Positions 9,637 to 19,157 are shown, counted from the stretch's first letter. The stretch is DNA of 64,000 nucleotides from an uncultured Candidatus Bathyarchaeia archaeon (GCA_964544495.1 CAZJBY010000005.1:11081-75080), one strand, 5' to 3'. The notes: a model not told the origin generated them from the sequence alone. Made by a program: numbers and translations.

Positions 9637-9659
9637 GTTGTTTAGTCTTTGAGAGTTTT

Positions 9660-9690
9660 AGTTTCTCTTTTTTCTTTTTGTTTTTTGGAA
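9660..9690 (+). terminator. oligo-T archaeal-type terminator
   Basis: TCTCTTTTTTCTTTTTGTTTTTTGG about 25 nt after the stop of the acidic-protein gene. Confidence 0.45.
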
Positions 9691-9778
9691 TGTGCGTTAG
9701 TTGGTGGCGGAGTGGGCCTGCTGGTTCGGTGGGTACGTGTGTGTTTAAAGAAGATATTTATACGTTGAGCGCTGATAC

Positions 9779-10495
9779 GTGTGCTGTTTCAGCATGAAGC
9801 CTGATGTTAGTATTATAATTCCGACGTTGAATGAGGAAGTGGGTATTGTTGAGACTTTAAGGCAGATCAGTGAGTTGGGTGTTGGCTGGGAGGTTTTGGT
9901 TGTTGATGGGTTGTCGGAGGATGGCACTGTGAGAAACGCTGAGTTGTGTAGAGCTAGGGTTGTGTTTGAAAAGAGAAAGGGTAAAGGTGTTGCTATGGCT
10001 ACTGGGGTGAGAAATGCGAGGTCGGATGTTGTTTGTTTTATGGATGGTGATGGGACTTATCCTGCGAGGTTTATTCCGAAGATGTTGCGGTTGATAAGGA
10101 ACTGTGATGTTGTGGTTGCTTCTAGGTTGCTGAGGAAGGAGGGTGTTTACGGTTCTGTGAACACTTTTGTTCATTTTCGTTTTTTTCCTTTTGTTTTTAG
10201 GGGTTATTTGAGTAAATTTAAGACTTCTGAGCCGATAACGGGTATGAGGTTGATGCGGAAGGAGACGTGGGAAAAACTGGGTTTGAGGTCTCATGACTTT
10301 TTGATTGAGACAGAGATGGAGGTTGAGATGGCGAAGAACAAGATGCGGGTTATTGAAATTCCGATTCCCTGCATCAAAAGGTTGGGTCGTAGCAAGTGGG
10401 ATTCGAGTTTGGGGACTATGCTGAAAATCTGGAAGTACGTGAAGATGAATGAGCGGTACTTGCAGGATTTGCGGGTTATCCGGTATCTTGCTTAA
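9779..10495 (+). CDS. family 2 glycosyltransferase (dolichyl-phosphate sugar synthase-like)
   Basis: VSIIIPTLNEE...VVDGLSEDGT...DGDGTYP. The first ATG is at 9794. Confidence 0.75.
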   Translation: MCCFSMKPDVSIIIPTLNEEVGIVETLRQISELGVGWEVLVVDGLSEDGTVRNAELCRARVVFEKRKGKGVAMATGVRNARSDVVCFMDGDGTYPARFIPKMLRLIRNCDVVVASRLLRKEGVYGSVNTFVHFRFFPFVFRGYLSKFKTSEPITGMRLMRKETWEKLGLRSHDFLIETEMEVEMAKNKMRVIEIPIPCIKRLGRSKWDSSLGTMLKIWKYVKMNERYLQDLRVIRYLA

Positions 10496-10510
10496 AGGAT
10501 TGCTTGTTCC

Positions 10511-10556
10511 CGCTTAGAACTGTTGCGATTTTTTGTCTATACCCCCCTTATTTAAA
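10511..10556 (+). repeat. G6-TATAGAC cassette, copy 2 (subtype A with T6 run)
   Basis: CGCTTAGAACTGTTGCGATTTTTTGTCTATACCCCCCTTATTTAAA, starting 16 nt after the GT2 stop. Confidence 0.8.
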
Positions 10557-10650
10557 GGCGGAAGCACAGGTTGAATTTCTGCGCCGATACGGACCTATCC
10601 CTTATAGGTTTCTGCAACGAATCTCTATTAGACGGCAAATATGTTGGTCT
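10557..10650 (+). ncRNA. conserved non-coding module, short copy (candidate sRNA or leader)
   Basis: GATACGGACCTATCCCTTATAGGTTTCTGCA...CTATTAGACGGCAAATATGTTGGT aligns with the modules at 34.2 kb, 60.6 kb and 57.9 kb. It lies between convergent genes. Confidence 0.3.
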
Positions 10651-10688
10651 GGGCGCTTGCTGCTTTGCGGCGGGCAAGCCGTCTTTCT

Positions 10689-11036
10689 TTATGTTGGTGT
10701 TTTGGCGCAGTTGCCTGTTTCTTTGGAGTTTTCGACTGCGCGCTTCAGGTTTCTGCGGAACTGCTTCAGGTCAACTGAGCCGTTGATGATTTTGAGGAGT
10801 TTAAGCAGAACCAGTGTTTTTTCGTTTTCGTAATTCAGGCTGATGATTCGGTTGTGGCCAGCGTGTTGCTGCGTGACGACGCCTTCCTGTTCCAGAACGT
10901 GCAGGTTGCGGTTGACTTCGTTGTAGTTGCTGTTGGCGGCGCGCACCAGCTTCATCATGGTGACGTGCTTTTTCTCCGATAGTGCTGTCAGGATTTTTCG
11001 GCGGCACGCTGACGCCAGGATTTTGCTTTGCTTCAT
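10689..11036 (-). CDS. winged-helix (ArsR-like) transcriptional regulator
   Basis: 115 aa. RRKILTAL...MKLVRAANSNYNEVNRNLHVLEQEGVV matches the HTH plus wing pattern. Confidence 0.65.
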   Translation of the reverse strand: MKQSKILASACRRKILTALSEKKHVTMMKLVRAANSNYNEVNRNLHVLEQEGVVTQQHAGHNRIISLNYENEKTLVLLKLLKIINGSVDLKQFRRNLKRAVENSKETGNCAKTPT

Positions 11037-11286
11037 TGCGTGGTTGCCCCTGAATGGACAATTCAGTTATCCTTATTTGAATGGGACTAAGTTTGCGAAG
11101 TGAACTGGCTCCATGTTCATTGCACTCACCAGTTACTTCGTAAGACACCAGAAAGTTCTCTCTTATAAACAGTCTTATTAAACCGTTCAACACAAAAACA
11201 GACCGACGGGCGCGTTATGCTACTTAAATGGCAACCTTATTTTCTTGGCAGCTTCAAACTACCTTGTCTTTAGAGCTACCTTGTAA

Positions 11287-11647
11287 TTTTTTATTGTGTG
11301 GTCTTCTTTTTCTTGCGTTTTGTGAAGTACACTATGAGTGCGAGGCATATGGCTGTGGCTGATGCCACGGCGGAGGCGGCGATCAGTTGGCTTGTCGGGA
11401 GCTGCTCTGGCTCGGTTATGGTGAAGGTTGTGGTTTCTGAGTTGCCTGGGTTTCCGAACTGGTCCCAGCCGTAAACGGTCACGTTGTGGCTTCCCGCTGT
11501 CAACCCACTGAGCGTCGCGTTTCCGTTGATGGTGATGTTGTCTTGCGCGTCCAGGCTGTATTGCAGCTGTGAGGTTTTCTCGTTTGTTGTGAGCGTCAGC
11601 GCCACGTCCGACGTGGAGTACGCTTGTGGGTACGGCGCCAGGATTCC
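11287..11647. repeat. 361-bp perfect inverted repeat, partner of 45715-46075
   Basis: Base-by-base comparison shows it is the identical reverse complement. It covers the C-terminal Ig-like domain, TM anchor, stop codon and 4 nt beyond. Confidence 0.9.
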
Positions 11648-12181
11648 TATACGGAGAGGTTTTAGGTCTACCGCGAAATTGGCTGTTGAAGAACCATTTA
11701 TCATGAACCTTGCTCCTGTGTAAGGCTTTGTGTTAAGAACGTATTCGCCGTAATAGACCGCGGTGACCGTGAGAGAGAATGGACCCTGAGGTATCTCTTT
11801 CAGCTCAAACGTGCCAGAGAATTCTTCCCACACGAGCCCGTGAGGTAGGTCTTGGAAAACGTACACTTCGTCTTGCAGCCAGCTTGCCGAATAATAAACC
11901 TCGATAAGATTGCTAAGAACAATGTCCGGACCGTGTATTGGTGTGACAGTGTAGGTTATCTTGATTGGTGGCGAGGCATATTTGGTGCCATTCTGCAGGT
12001 TCAATATGGAGACCCTGGGCGGAGTGGTTGTTGATTCCGGAGCCACCCACCCCGAGTCTATCCACGGATTGGCTTTTGCAACGTTTACAAGCAGAGCCCC
12101 TGCCAAAGCCAAGATCAACAACACCGCTAGTAGTGTTGCTGTGATTTTTTTTATGTTGCCTGTGTTATTGGAGCTGAACAT
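11291..12181 (-). CDS. surface-protein family paralog (signal peptide, Ig-like domains, C-terminal TM plus basic tail)
   Basis: The ORF is open to 12199 (GTG). ATG 12181 gives MFSSNNTGNIKKITATLL..., which aligns with the paralog at 45176. YSLDAQDN..LSGLTAGSHNVTVYGWD motif. Ends ...IVYFTKRKKKKTTQ. Confidence 0.8.
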   Translation of the reverse strand: MFSSNNTGNIKKITATLLAVLLILALAGALLVNVAKANPWIDSGWVAPESTTTPPRVSILNLQNGTKYASPPIKITYTVTPIHGPDIVLSNLIEVYYSASWLQDEVYVFQDLPHGLVWEEFSGTFELKEIPQGPFSLTVTAVYYGEYVLNTKPYTGARFMINGSSTANFAVDLKPLRIGILAPYPQAYSTSDVALTLTTNEKTSQLQYSLDAQDNITINGNATLSGLTAGSHNVTVYGWDQFGNPGNSETTTFTITEPEQLPTSQLIAASAVASATAICLALIVYFTKRKKKKTTQ

Positions 12182-12245
12182 GTGACATTGCCCCTGCACT
12201 GGTTCTCCATTCAGAATTAAAGTGGGGGTTGTGTTTAAGGGGTTC

Positions 12246-12286
12246 TGTCAAGGTTTCTTGACCTGGCTTAGTCAACATTTCTTGAC
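12246..12286 (-). promoter_or_regulatory. dual-palindrome operator, copy 1
   Basis: TGTCAAGGTTTCTTGACCTGGCTTAGTCAACATTTCTTGAC, 64 nt upstream of ATG 12181. Confidence 0.7.
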
Positions 12287-12420
12287 CCATGGCTACTATT
12301 TGCTTTTATGGAAGCTTAAACTCTGTTTAGCTTCAGCTTTTTGGAAGCCAAGCTTGTTTTTCCTGCTATTCTGCGAAAACATGATAAGTCTGATGTTGGC
12401 AACATTGTGACCGATGCAAG

Positions 12421-13125
12421 GTGGTTTCGCCAACGAGAAGATTTGACTTCGGAAGAGAACTGCTGAAGATAATAGCAATCGCCACCATGGCAGTAGACCA
12501 CGTCGGCACCATTCTTTACCCTGACCTACTGTACCTCCGAATGATCGGCAGACTCGCCTTCCCCATATTCGCTTACCTCATAGTGTTAGGCGTGGAAAGC
12601 ACCAAGAAACCTCTAAAGTACATGGCAACGCTTCTCGTCTTCGCCATAATCTCCCAGCTTCCCTACTACCTCGCCTTCAACATCCAACCCTTTGAACGGC
12701 TGAACATACTCTTCTCGCTGCTGCTAAGCGCCGTAACAATATACTACTACAACAAAAGAAGCATGCTCGCGTTCCTCCCCCTCCTGCTCTCACTCATCCT
12801 CCCAACCGAAGGCAGCTACTACGTCGTGGTGACCGCGGTAGGCATGAAACTCCTAATGGACGCCCCAAAACTCGGCGCCCTCACCCTGTTCGCCCTCAAC
12901 ATCCAATTCCCCTCTCCCTTCCTCTACCCCGCCATCGAAGACCAAATCCAAATACTCGCGCTTCTCGCGGTGCCGCTGATTTTTCTCCACATAAAAGGCT
13001 CGATAAAAAAGGAAATCCTCATCCCCGAAAACTCCCTCGCCTACACAGCCAGAAAATACTTTTTCTACGTGTTCTATCCGCTACACCTGACGCTGCTGTT
13101 TCTGATAAGCACGTTTCTCTTTTAA
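12421..13125 (+). CDS. TraX-family membrane protein
   Basis: LKIIAIATMAVDHVG...GRLAFPIFAYLIVLG is the TraX signature. Polytopic. Confidence 0.7.
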   Translation: MVSPTRRFDFGRELLKIIAIATMAVDHVGTILYPDLLYLRMIGRLAFPIFAYLIVLGVESTKKPLKYMATLLVFAIISQLPYYLAFNIQPFERLNILFSLLLSAVTIYYYNKRSMLAFLPLLLSLILPTEGSYYVVVTAVGMKLLMDAPKLGALTLFALNIQFPSPFLYPAIEDQIQILALLAVPLIFLHIKGSIKKEILIPENSLAYTARKYFFYVFYPLHLTLLFLISTFLF

Positions 13126-13145
13126 ACAGCCGCCGCCTTCGATAA

Positions 13146-14840
13146 GTGTTATTACCCTTACTTCATGATTTACTGGTAAGGTTCGTGTATCCCGTGCAAA
13201 CTGAGAATAAGCCTTGGTTTAGCTCATATCCAAAGGAGGTGCCCAGAAACCTCCGTAACCCAGAGGCGCCATTACATGCAATTCTCGAAAAAACAGCGAA
13301 AGAACACCCTGAAAAAACCGCCCTAACCTACTCCGAAACAAGCATCACTTACGCCGAGCTAGATTCGCTCTCCAACCAGTTCGCCGCGGCGCTCGCCTCC
13401 TTAGGCGTCAAAAAAGCCGACAAGGTCGCCCTGTTCCTGCCTAACATCCCCCAGTTCATAATCGCATACTTCGGCATCCTCAAAGCAGGCGCGGTCGTAA
13501 CCGCCATAAGCCCCCTGCACAAGGAACGCGAAGTCGCCTACCAGCTCTGCGATTCGGAAGCCGAAACCATAGTCGCCTTAGACGCGCTTTACCCAATCGT
13601 GGAGGCGGTTCGGCGGAAAACCCCGCTGAAGAACGTCATAGTCACAAGTCTGGCGGAGTACGCCTCCAAAAACCCCGCCTCCAACAAAACCCCGCAGGCT
13701 CAAAACGCTTATTCATTCCAAGAACTGATGAACGAAACCGCAGAGCCTCCCCACGTACCTGTCAACGCCAGAGAAGACCTGGCGGCACTACAGTACACGG
13801 GCGGCACCACAGGCACAGCCAAAGGCGCCATGCTAACCCACCTGAACCTGGTCTCAAACGCCCTCGCCTTCGCGGCTTGGATACGCGGAACCTCGGCGGA
13901 CACGTTTCTCACCGCGCTGCCCCTGTTCCACATCTACGGCATGACCACCAGCATGAACGTGCCCATCAGCCTCGCCGCCACAATGGTGCTGCTTCCCAAA
14001 TTCGACCCGCCCACAGCCTTAGAAACAATCCAGCGGCGCAAAATCACGATTTTCTGCGGCGTCCCAACCATGTACTCGGTACTGCTGACAAGCCCCGCCC
14101 TTAGCACGTTCAACCTCACAAGCATCCGCGTCTGCATCTCAGGCGCCTCGCCGCTTCCGCCGCAAGTCCAGAAAAAATTCATGCAAGTCACAGGCGGCTT
14201 CCTCGCGGAAGGCTACGGCTTAACCGAAGCGTCACCCGTCACGCACTGCAACCCCGTGGACAAAACCATGCGCACCGTACGCGTAGGCTCCATAGGATTG
14301 CCCCTGCCCGACATCGACGCCCGCATAGTCGACGTGGAAACAGGCACAAAAACGCTTGCGCCAAACGAAACGGGCGAGCTTGCAGTCAAAGGACCACAGG
14401 TGATGCGTGGCTACTGGCGGAGTCCAGAAGAAACCGCGCTTGTCTTCCGCGACGGCTGGTTGCTCACGGGCGACATCGCACGCATGGACACGGACGGCTA
14501 CTTCTACATAACCGACCGCAAAAAAGACCTCATCAAATACAAGGACTACAGCGTCTACCCGCGTGAACTGGAAGACGTGCTTTATGAGCATCCGGCGGTG
14601 AAGCTCTGCGCCGTAGTCGGCAAACCCACTCCGGTTGTGGGCGAGGTTCCGAAAGCCTTCATCGTGCTGAAAGACGGTGCCCAAGCCACGGAAGCGGAAC
14701 TAATGGCGTTCGTCAAGGAAAAAGTTGCCCCGTACAAGGCTGTGCGCGAAGTAGAGTTCAGGCAGCAGCTGCCCATAAGCGCCGCAGGCAAAGTCCTCAG
14801 GCGCGTGCTGCAGGAAGAGGAGAAAAGAAAAACCCTGTAG
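13146..14840 (+). CDS. AMP-dependent acyl-CoA synthetase/ligase (FadD-like)
   Basis: LQYTGGTTGTAKGAMLTH AMP-binding motif, GYGLTE, TGDIARMDTDGYFYITDRKKD. An alternative GTG start is at 13194. Confidence 0.8.
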   Translation: MLLPLLHDLLVRFVYPVQTENKPWFSSYPKEVPRNLRNPEAPLHAILEKTAKEHPEKTALTYSETSITYAELDSLSNQFAAALASLGVKKADKVALFLPNIPQFIIAYFGILKAGAVVTAISPLHKEREVAYQLCDSEAETIVALDALYPIVEAVRRKTPLKNVIVTSLAEYASKNPASNKTPQAQNAYSFQELMNETAEPPHVPVNAREDLAALQYTGGTTGTAKGAMLTHLNLVSNALAFAAWIRGTSADTFLTALPLFHIYGMTTSMNVPISLAATMVLLPKFDPPTALETIQRRKITIFCGVPTMYSVLLTSPALSTFNLTSIRVCISGASPLPPQVQKKFMQVTGGFLAEGYGLTEASPVTHCNPVDKTMRTVRVGSIGLPLPDIDARIVDVETGTKTLAPNETGELAVKGPQVMRGYWRSPEETALVFRDGWLLTGDIARMDTDGYFYITDRKKDLIKYKDYSVYPRELEDVLYEHPAVKLCAVVGKPTPVVGEVPKAFIVLKDGAQATEAELMAFVKEKVAPYKAVREVEFRQQLPISAAGKVLRRVLQEEEKRKTL

Positions 14841-14898
14841 CTCGGTCGAAACTTATAAGAGAATTCCGTGTTCTCTGTTTTAGAGATGGCGCTTACCC

Positions 14899-17178
14899 TT
14901 GCGAGTTAGAATCAACGTTACAGGCATCGTTCAGGGCGTCGGTTTCCGCCCCTTTGTCTACAGGACAGCGGTGCGGAACGGCTTGGCGGGCTACGTGCGC
15001 AACAGGGGCGACGCAGGCGTAGAAATCTTGCTGGAAGGCGAAGAAAAAGGCATCCAGAATTTTCTGCGTGACCTGAAAGAGAAGAAGCCGCCCCTAGCCC
15101 AAATCCACGAAGTAATCACGACAAGGCTCAAGGGCAAGAACCAGCACGCAAACTTCACGATTTATAAAAGCTCCCAGGAAACCGAGCTTTCAGGCTCAGT
15201 CATACCGCCCGACATCGCCATCTGCGACGACTGCCTGCGAGAACTGCGCGACCCCAAAGACCACAGGTACGAGTACTTCTTCATCACCTGCACCAACTGT
15301 GGACCACGGTTCACCATTATTGAGCGTTTGCCGTACGACCGCGAAAACACCACTATGCGCGAGTTCCCAATGTGCAGCTTCTGCCAGAAAGAGTACAGTG
15401 ACCAGTTGAACAGGCGTTTTCACGCGCAAACCGTAGCGTGCCCCGCGTGCGGACCCAAAGCCTACTTGACAACAAGCCGCGGCGAACCCGTAAAGCACGA
15501 GGACCCCGTGCGTGAAGCTGGACGTTTGCTCAGCGAAGGAGCAATCTTGGCCGTGAAAGGCTACGGCGGCTTCCACGTTGCCGCTTCCGCAACCCGAGAC
15601 GAGCCGTTGCAGGCGCTTCGAAGAGCGAAGCACCGAAGAGCCAAACCCTTCGCTATCATGTCACGCAGCTTGGACGCCGCAAGAGGCTTCGCCGAAGTAA
15701 CTTCGAAGGAGCAAGAGCTGCTCACGTCTTACGCGCGTCCGATAGTGCTGCTCAACAAGGGCGATGGCTACGCGCTTTCGCCGCTGGTGGCGCCTGACCT
15801 GCACAACGTCGGCGTGATGCTACCCTACACCGCCCTGCATTACATGCTCTTCGACCGCGTGCCTGACGCGGCGTTCGTGATTACCAGCGCCAACCCGCCG
15901 AACCAGCCCATCGTCAAAGACAACGACGAAGCACTAAAAACGCTGGGCGGCACCGTGGATTATTTCCTGTTTCACAACCGCCGCATTGCGTACCGCTGCG
16001 ACGACTCCGTCCTACGGGTCCACGGCACCCACCAATCGTTTATCCGCCGAAGCAGAGGCTACGCGCCCGCACCCATAATGCTCAAGGAAAAAGCACGGTG
16101 CTGTGTCGTGGGCTTAGGCGGCGAACTCAACAACACCGCCTGCGTCCTGCAAGCGAACAAGGCGTTCATCAGCCAGCACATCGGCGACGTAGAAAACGTT
16201 GAAACCCGCGCGTTCCTCCAAGAAGCTACGAAACACTTGATTCGCCTCACCAACAGCCATGTGAACGCCGTAGCCTGCGACCTGCATCCGAAATTCACCA
16301 CCACGCGCTTAGCGCGGGAGCTGGCAGAACAGAACGGCTGGAATCTCATCCAAGTGCAGCACCACCACGCGCACGTTGCAGCGTTGATGATGGAGCATGC
16401 CGTGGACGAGGTGGTGGGCGTAACCTGCGACGGCTACGGCTACGGAGTTGACGGCGGCGCATGGGGCGGCGAAATCCTCTTCTGCACCCGCGAATCCGCT
16501 GGGTTCAAGCGGCTGGCGCATCTGGAACCGCAACCCCTGCTCGGCGGAGACACCGCTACCCGTTACCCACTGCGCATAGCGGCGGGAATGCTCAGCAAGA
16601 ACGTGGATGTGGAACCTTGGCTCATCAAGTACAGCAGGCATATGCTTCACGGCGAAACCGAGGCAAACCTGATTCTTCAGCAGCTTCGGAAGGGCGTCGG
16701 CGTCACCAGCACCACCAGCTGCGGCAGAGTCTTGGACGCGGTCTCCGCGGTTCTCGGCGTGTGCTACGAGCGCACTTACGAAGGCGAACCAGCCATCAAG
16801 CTGGAATCCGCAGCAGTGAACGGAAAAGACGCGTTGAGCATGGAGCCCATAATCAAGGAAAACATGCTGGATACGACGCAGATGCTCAGCGCGGTCTTCG
16901 AGAACGTCGGCAAAGCCTCAACCCCAGACTTGGCTTATTCCGCTCACGCCTACTTAGCCCGAGGCTTGGCAACGCTTGCGGTGGAGAAGGCGCTGGAGCA
17001 CGGCATCCACGCGGTGGGTTTTTCGGGCGGCGCCGCCAACAACCAGATACTGGCAAAGCTCATGCGGGAGACGGTGGAGGCGGCTGGCTTGCGTTTTCTG
17101 GTGCATGAGGCTGTTCCGCCAGGCGACGGCGGAGTCTCCTTCGGTCAGGCGGTTGTAGGTGGATTTTTCAAAGTTTAG
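14899..17178 (+). CDS. hypF: [NiFe]-hydrogenase maturation carbamoyltransferase HypF
   Basis: 759 aa. Acylphosphatase N-terminus VTGIVQGVGFRPFVYR, two CxxC...CxxC zinc fingers, YrdC-like and Kae1-like domains. Confidence 0.9.
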   Translation: MRVRINVTGIVQGVGFRPFVYRTAVRNGLAGYVRNRGDAGVEILLEGEEKGIQNFLRDLKEKKPPLAQIHEVITTRLKGKNQHANFTIYKSSQETELSGSVIPPDIAICDDCLRELRDPKDHRYEYFFITCTNCGPRFTIIERLPYDRENTTMREFPMCSFCQKEYSDQLNRRFHAQTVACPACGPKAYLTTSRGEPVKHEDPVREAGRLLSEGAILAVKGYGGFHVAASATRDEPLQALRRAKHRRAKPFAIMSRSLDAARGFAEVTSKEQELLTSYARPIVLLNKGDGYALSPLVAPDLHNVGVMLPYTALHYMLFDRVPDAAFVITSANPPNQPIVKDNDEALKTLGGTVDYFLFHNRRIAYRCDDSVLRVHGTHQSFIRRSRGYAPAPIMLKEKARCCVVGLGGELNNTACVLQANKAFISQHIGDVENVETRAFLQEATKHLIRLTNSHVNAVACDLHPKFTTTRLARELAEQNGWNLIQVQHHHAHVAALMMEHAVDEVVGVTCDGYGYGVDGGAWGGEILFCTRESAGFKRLAHLEPQPLLGGDTATRYPLRIAAGMLSKNVDVEPWLIKYSRHMLHGETEANLILQQLRKGVGVTSTTSCGRVLDAVSAVLGVCYERTYEGEPAIKLESAAVNGKDALSMEPIIKENMLDTTQMLSAVFENVGKASTPDLAYSAHAYLARGLATLAVEKALEHGIHAVGFSGGAANNQILAKLMRETVEAAGLRFLVHEAVPPGDGGVSFGQAVVGGFFKV

Positions 17179-17227
17179 ACCATACTGTTTTTATCGGCGT
17201 TCTTGCCCGTGTCTATGTTGATACAGC

Positions 17228-17461
17228 ATGTGTTTGGCGATTCCAGCGCGTGTCATGCGCGTAGACGGCGGCAAAGCCCAAGTGGACTTCGGCGAAGGCG
17301 TCCTAAGAGACGTTAACGTGACACTTGTAGACGCCAAAGTAGGCGACTACGTTCTGGTGCACGCAGGCTACGCCATCCAAACCGTGGATGAAAAGGACGC
17401 ACTCGAAACGTTAGCCTTGTGGAAGGAAATTCTCGCTTATGAACAAAACCAAGGCAGCTGA
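17228..17461 (+). CDS. hypC: hydrogenase maturation protein HypC
   Basis: 77 aa starting MCLAIPARV, the conserved HypC N-terminus. Confidence 0.9.
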   Translation: MCLAIPARVMRVDGGKAQVDFGEGVLRDVNVTLVDAKVGDYVLVHAGYAIQTVDEKDALETLALWKEILAYEQNQGS

Positions 17462-17467
17462 CAAAGG

Positions 17468-18562
17468 ATGGCGGAGAAACTCAGGTACCGAGACCCAGCG
17501 CTGGCAAAGCACATCGCAAAGAAGATTGGAGAAGTAGCGCCGAAAGACGAGACCGTGAAGTTCTGCCACGTCTGCGGCACCCACGAATGGACAATTACGC
17601 ACTACGGTTTGCGCAGCCTCCTGCCAGCTAACGTTGAGGTCATCGCGGGACCAGGCTGCCCAGTCTGCATAGTGCCCGCCGCCGAAATCGACGAGGCAGT
17701 GCAGCTGGCAAAGAAAGGCGTGGTCATAACGTGCTTCGGCGATGTCTTACGAGTGCCCGGCAGCCACATGAGCCTTCTGGAGGCTAAAGCGGAAGGCGCG
17801 GACGTCCGCATCGTTTACGGCGTTTCTGACGCGGTTGAAATGGCAAAGCAAGGACCGGACAAAGAGTTCGTGTTTTCAGCGGTGGGTTTCGAAACCACGG
17901 CGCCATCCACCGCGGTTGAAGCGCTTGGAAATCCGCCGAAAAACTTCAGTTTTCTGGTTTCGCACCGGTTGATTCCGCCCGCCATGGAGCTTCTGCTGGG
18001 CGTCGGCGACTTGAACATCAGCGGCTTCATCGCGCCGGGGCACGTGAGCGCCATCATCGGCATGAAGCCCTACGAGCTTTTCCCGCGGGTTTACCGCATG
18101 CCCACGGTGGTGGCGGGCTTCGAGCCCATAGACGTTCTGATGAGCATCTACATGCTTCTGAAGCAGCTATCTGAAGGCGCGGCGCGGCTGGAGAACGAGT
18201 ACCCGCGCGTAGTGAAGTGGGAGGGAAACCCGAAAGCGCTGGAAGTGATGGAGCGGGCGTTTGCGGTTACGGGCGGCAACTGGCGCGGCATAGGCAGGCT
18301 GCCCGACTCAGCGTTGAAGCTGCGTGATGAGCTTGTGGCTTATGACGCCCGAGAAAAGTACGGTGTGCACGTTGAGCAGGGCAAGGACATTCTGCTCGGG
18401 TGCGAGTGCCACTTGGTGATTATAGGCAAAATCAAGCCAAACGAGTGTCCCATGTTCATGAAGGCTTGCACGCCTGCGAAGCCCGTGGGCGCCTGCATGG
18501 TAAGCAGCGAAGGCACGTGCAGAGTGTGGGCGAAAACCGCTGCAGCTCAAAAAGTTAGCTGA
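17468..18562 (+). CDS. hypD: hydrogenase maturation protein HypD
   Basis: 364 aa. GPGCPVC and GFETT motifs. Confidence 0.9.
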   Translation: MAEKLRYRDPALAKHIAKKIGEVAPKDETVKFCHVCGTHEWTITHYGLRSLLPANVEVIAGPGCPVCIVPAAEIDEAVQLAKKGVVITCFGDVLRVPGSHMSLLEAKAEGADVRIVYGVSDAVEMAKQGPDKEFVFSAVGFETTAPSTAVEALGNPPKNFSFLVSHRLIPPAMELLLGVGDLNISGFIAPGHVSAIIGMKPYELFPRVYRMPTVVAGFEPIDVLMSIYMLLKQLSEGAARLENEYPRVVKWEGNPKALEVMERAFAVTGGNWRGIGRLPDSALKLRDELVAYDAREKYGVHVEQGKDILLGCECHLVIIGKIKPNECPMFMKACTPAKPVGACMVSSEGTCRVWAKTAAAQKVS

Positions 18563-19157
18563 TTATTTCTGCTTTAATTAGAACTACGTCAGTCACTGGT
18601 TGTTCGCCGTTTACTGCCACGTTTGATATTGCATCGACCACATCCATGCCTGAAATCACCGTGCCGAAGACTGTGTATCCAGAGTCTAGGTCGTTGTTGT
18701 CCTTGATGTTGATGTAGAATTGGCTGGTGGCTGAGTTGGGCTGACTGGTTTTTGCCATTGCTACGGTGCCTCTGTCATTGTGGTTGTTGCTGCCTACCTC
18801 GTCAGGTATGGTTGCAACTGATGCGCTTGTGTTCATTCCGCCTTGAATCACGAAATCAGCAACGACTCGGTGGAAGATTGTGCCGTCGTAAATGCCTTGC
18901 TGGACTAGGTTCCTGAAGTTGCCTGTGGTTATGGGTCTGTCATCTCGCAGTTGAATGGTTATATTTCCCATGCTGGTTTGCAGCCGAACCTTTCCAGCAG
19001 GGGTATTTGACGCACTTGAGTTGTTTGTGCTGAACATGTAGACCGCCACAGCAACTACCACTATGATGGTCAATAAACCTATCGCAAGCGGCAGCTTCCG
19101 GCTTTTGTGCGCCTTGACTTTGCGCTTGCCTGATTTGCGGGGACTCATACGCAACAA
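18555..19157 (-). CDS. membrane-anchored cyclophilin-type peptidyl-prolyl isomerase
   Basis: N-terminal TM followed by FHRVVADFVIQGG...GTVAMA...SQFYIN. Confidence 0.8.
   Translation of the reverse strand: MLRMSPRKSGKRKVKAHKSRKLPLAIGLLTIIVVVAVAVYMFSTNNSSASNTPAGKVRLQTSMGNITIQLRDDRPITTGNFRNLVQQGIYDGTIFHRVVADFVIQGGMNTSASVATIPDEVGSNNHNDRGTVAMAKTSQPNSATSQFYINIKDNNDLDSGYTVFGTVISGMDVVDAISNVAVNGEQPVTDVVLIKAEIIS

Noticed and set aside
10504-10833. + strand ORFs (109 and 71 aa) in and beyond the GT2/wHTH convergent intergenic region.
   Set aside because: They run through the repeat cassette and the conserved non-coding module, then run antisense into the wHTH gene. Their composition is not protein-like.
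12246-12286. The repeated GTCAAGGTTTCTTGAC units could be read as a mini CRISPR array.
   Set aside because: There are only two units per locus, separated by a conserved 8-bp linker rather than by variable 30-40-bp spacers. The units are perfect palindromes and lie at a fixed distance from start codons. No cas genes are present.
16461-17108. A 215-aa + strand ORF rich in R/G/A inside hypF, and similar ORFs at 15196-15633 and 16309-16650.
   Set aside because: These are alternative-frame or antisense ORFs within a GC-rich, confidently identified hypF gene.
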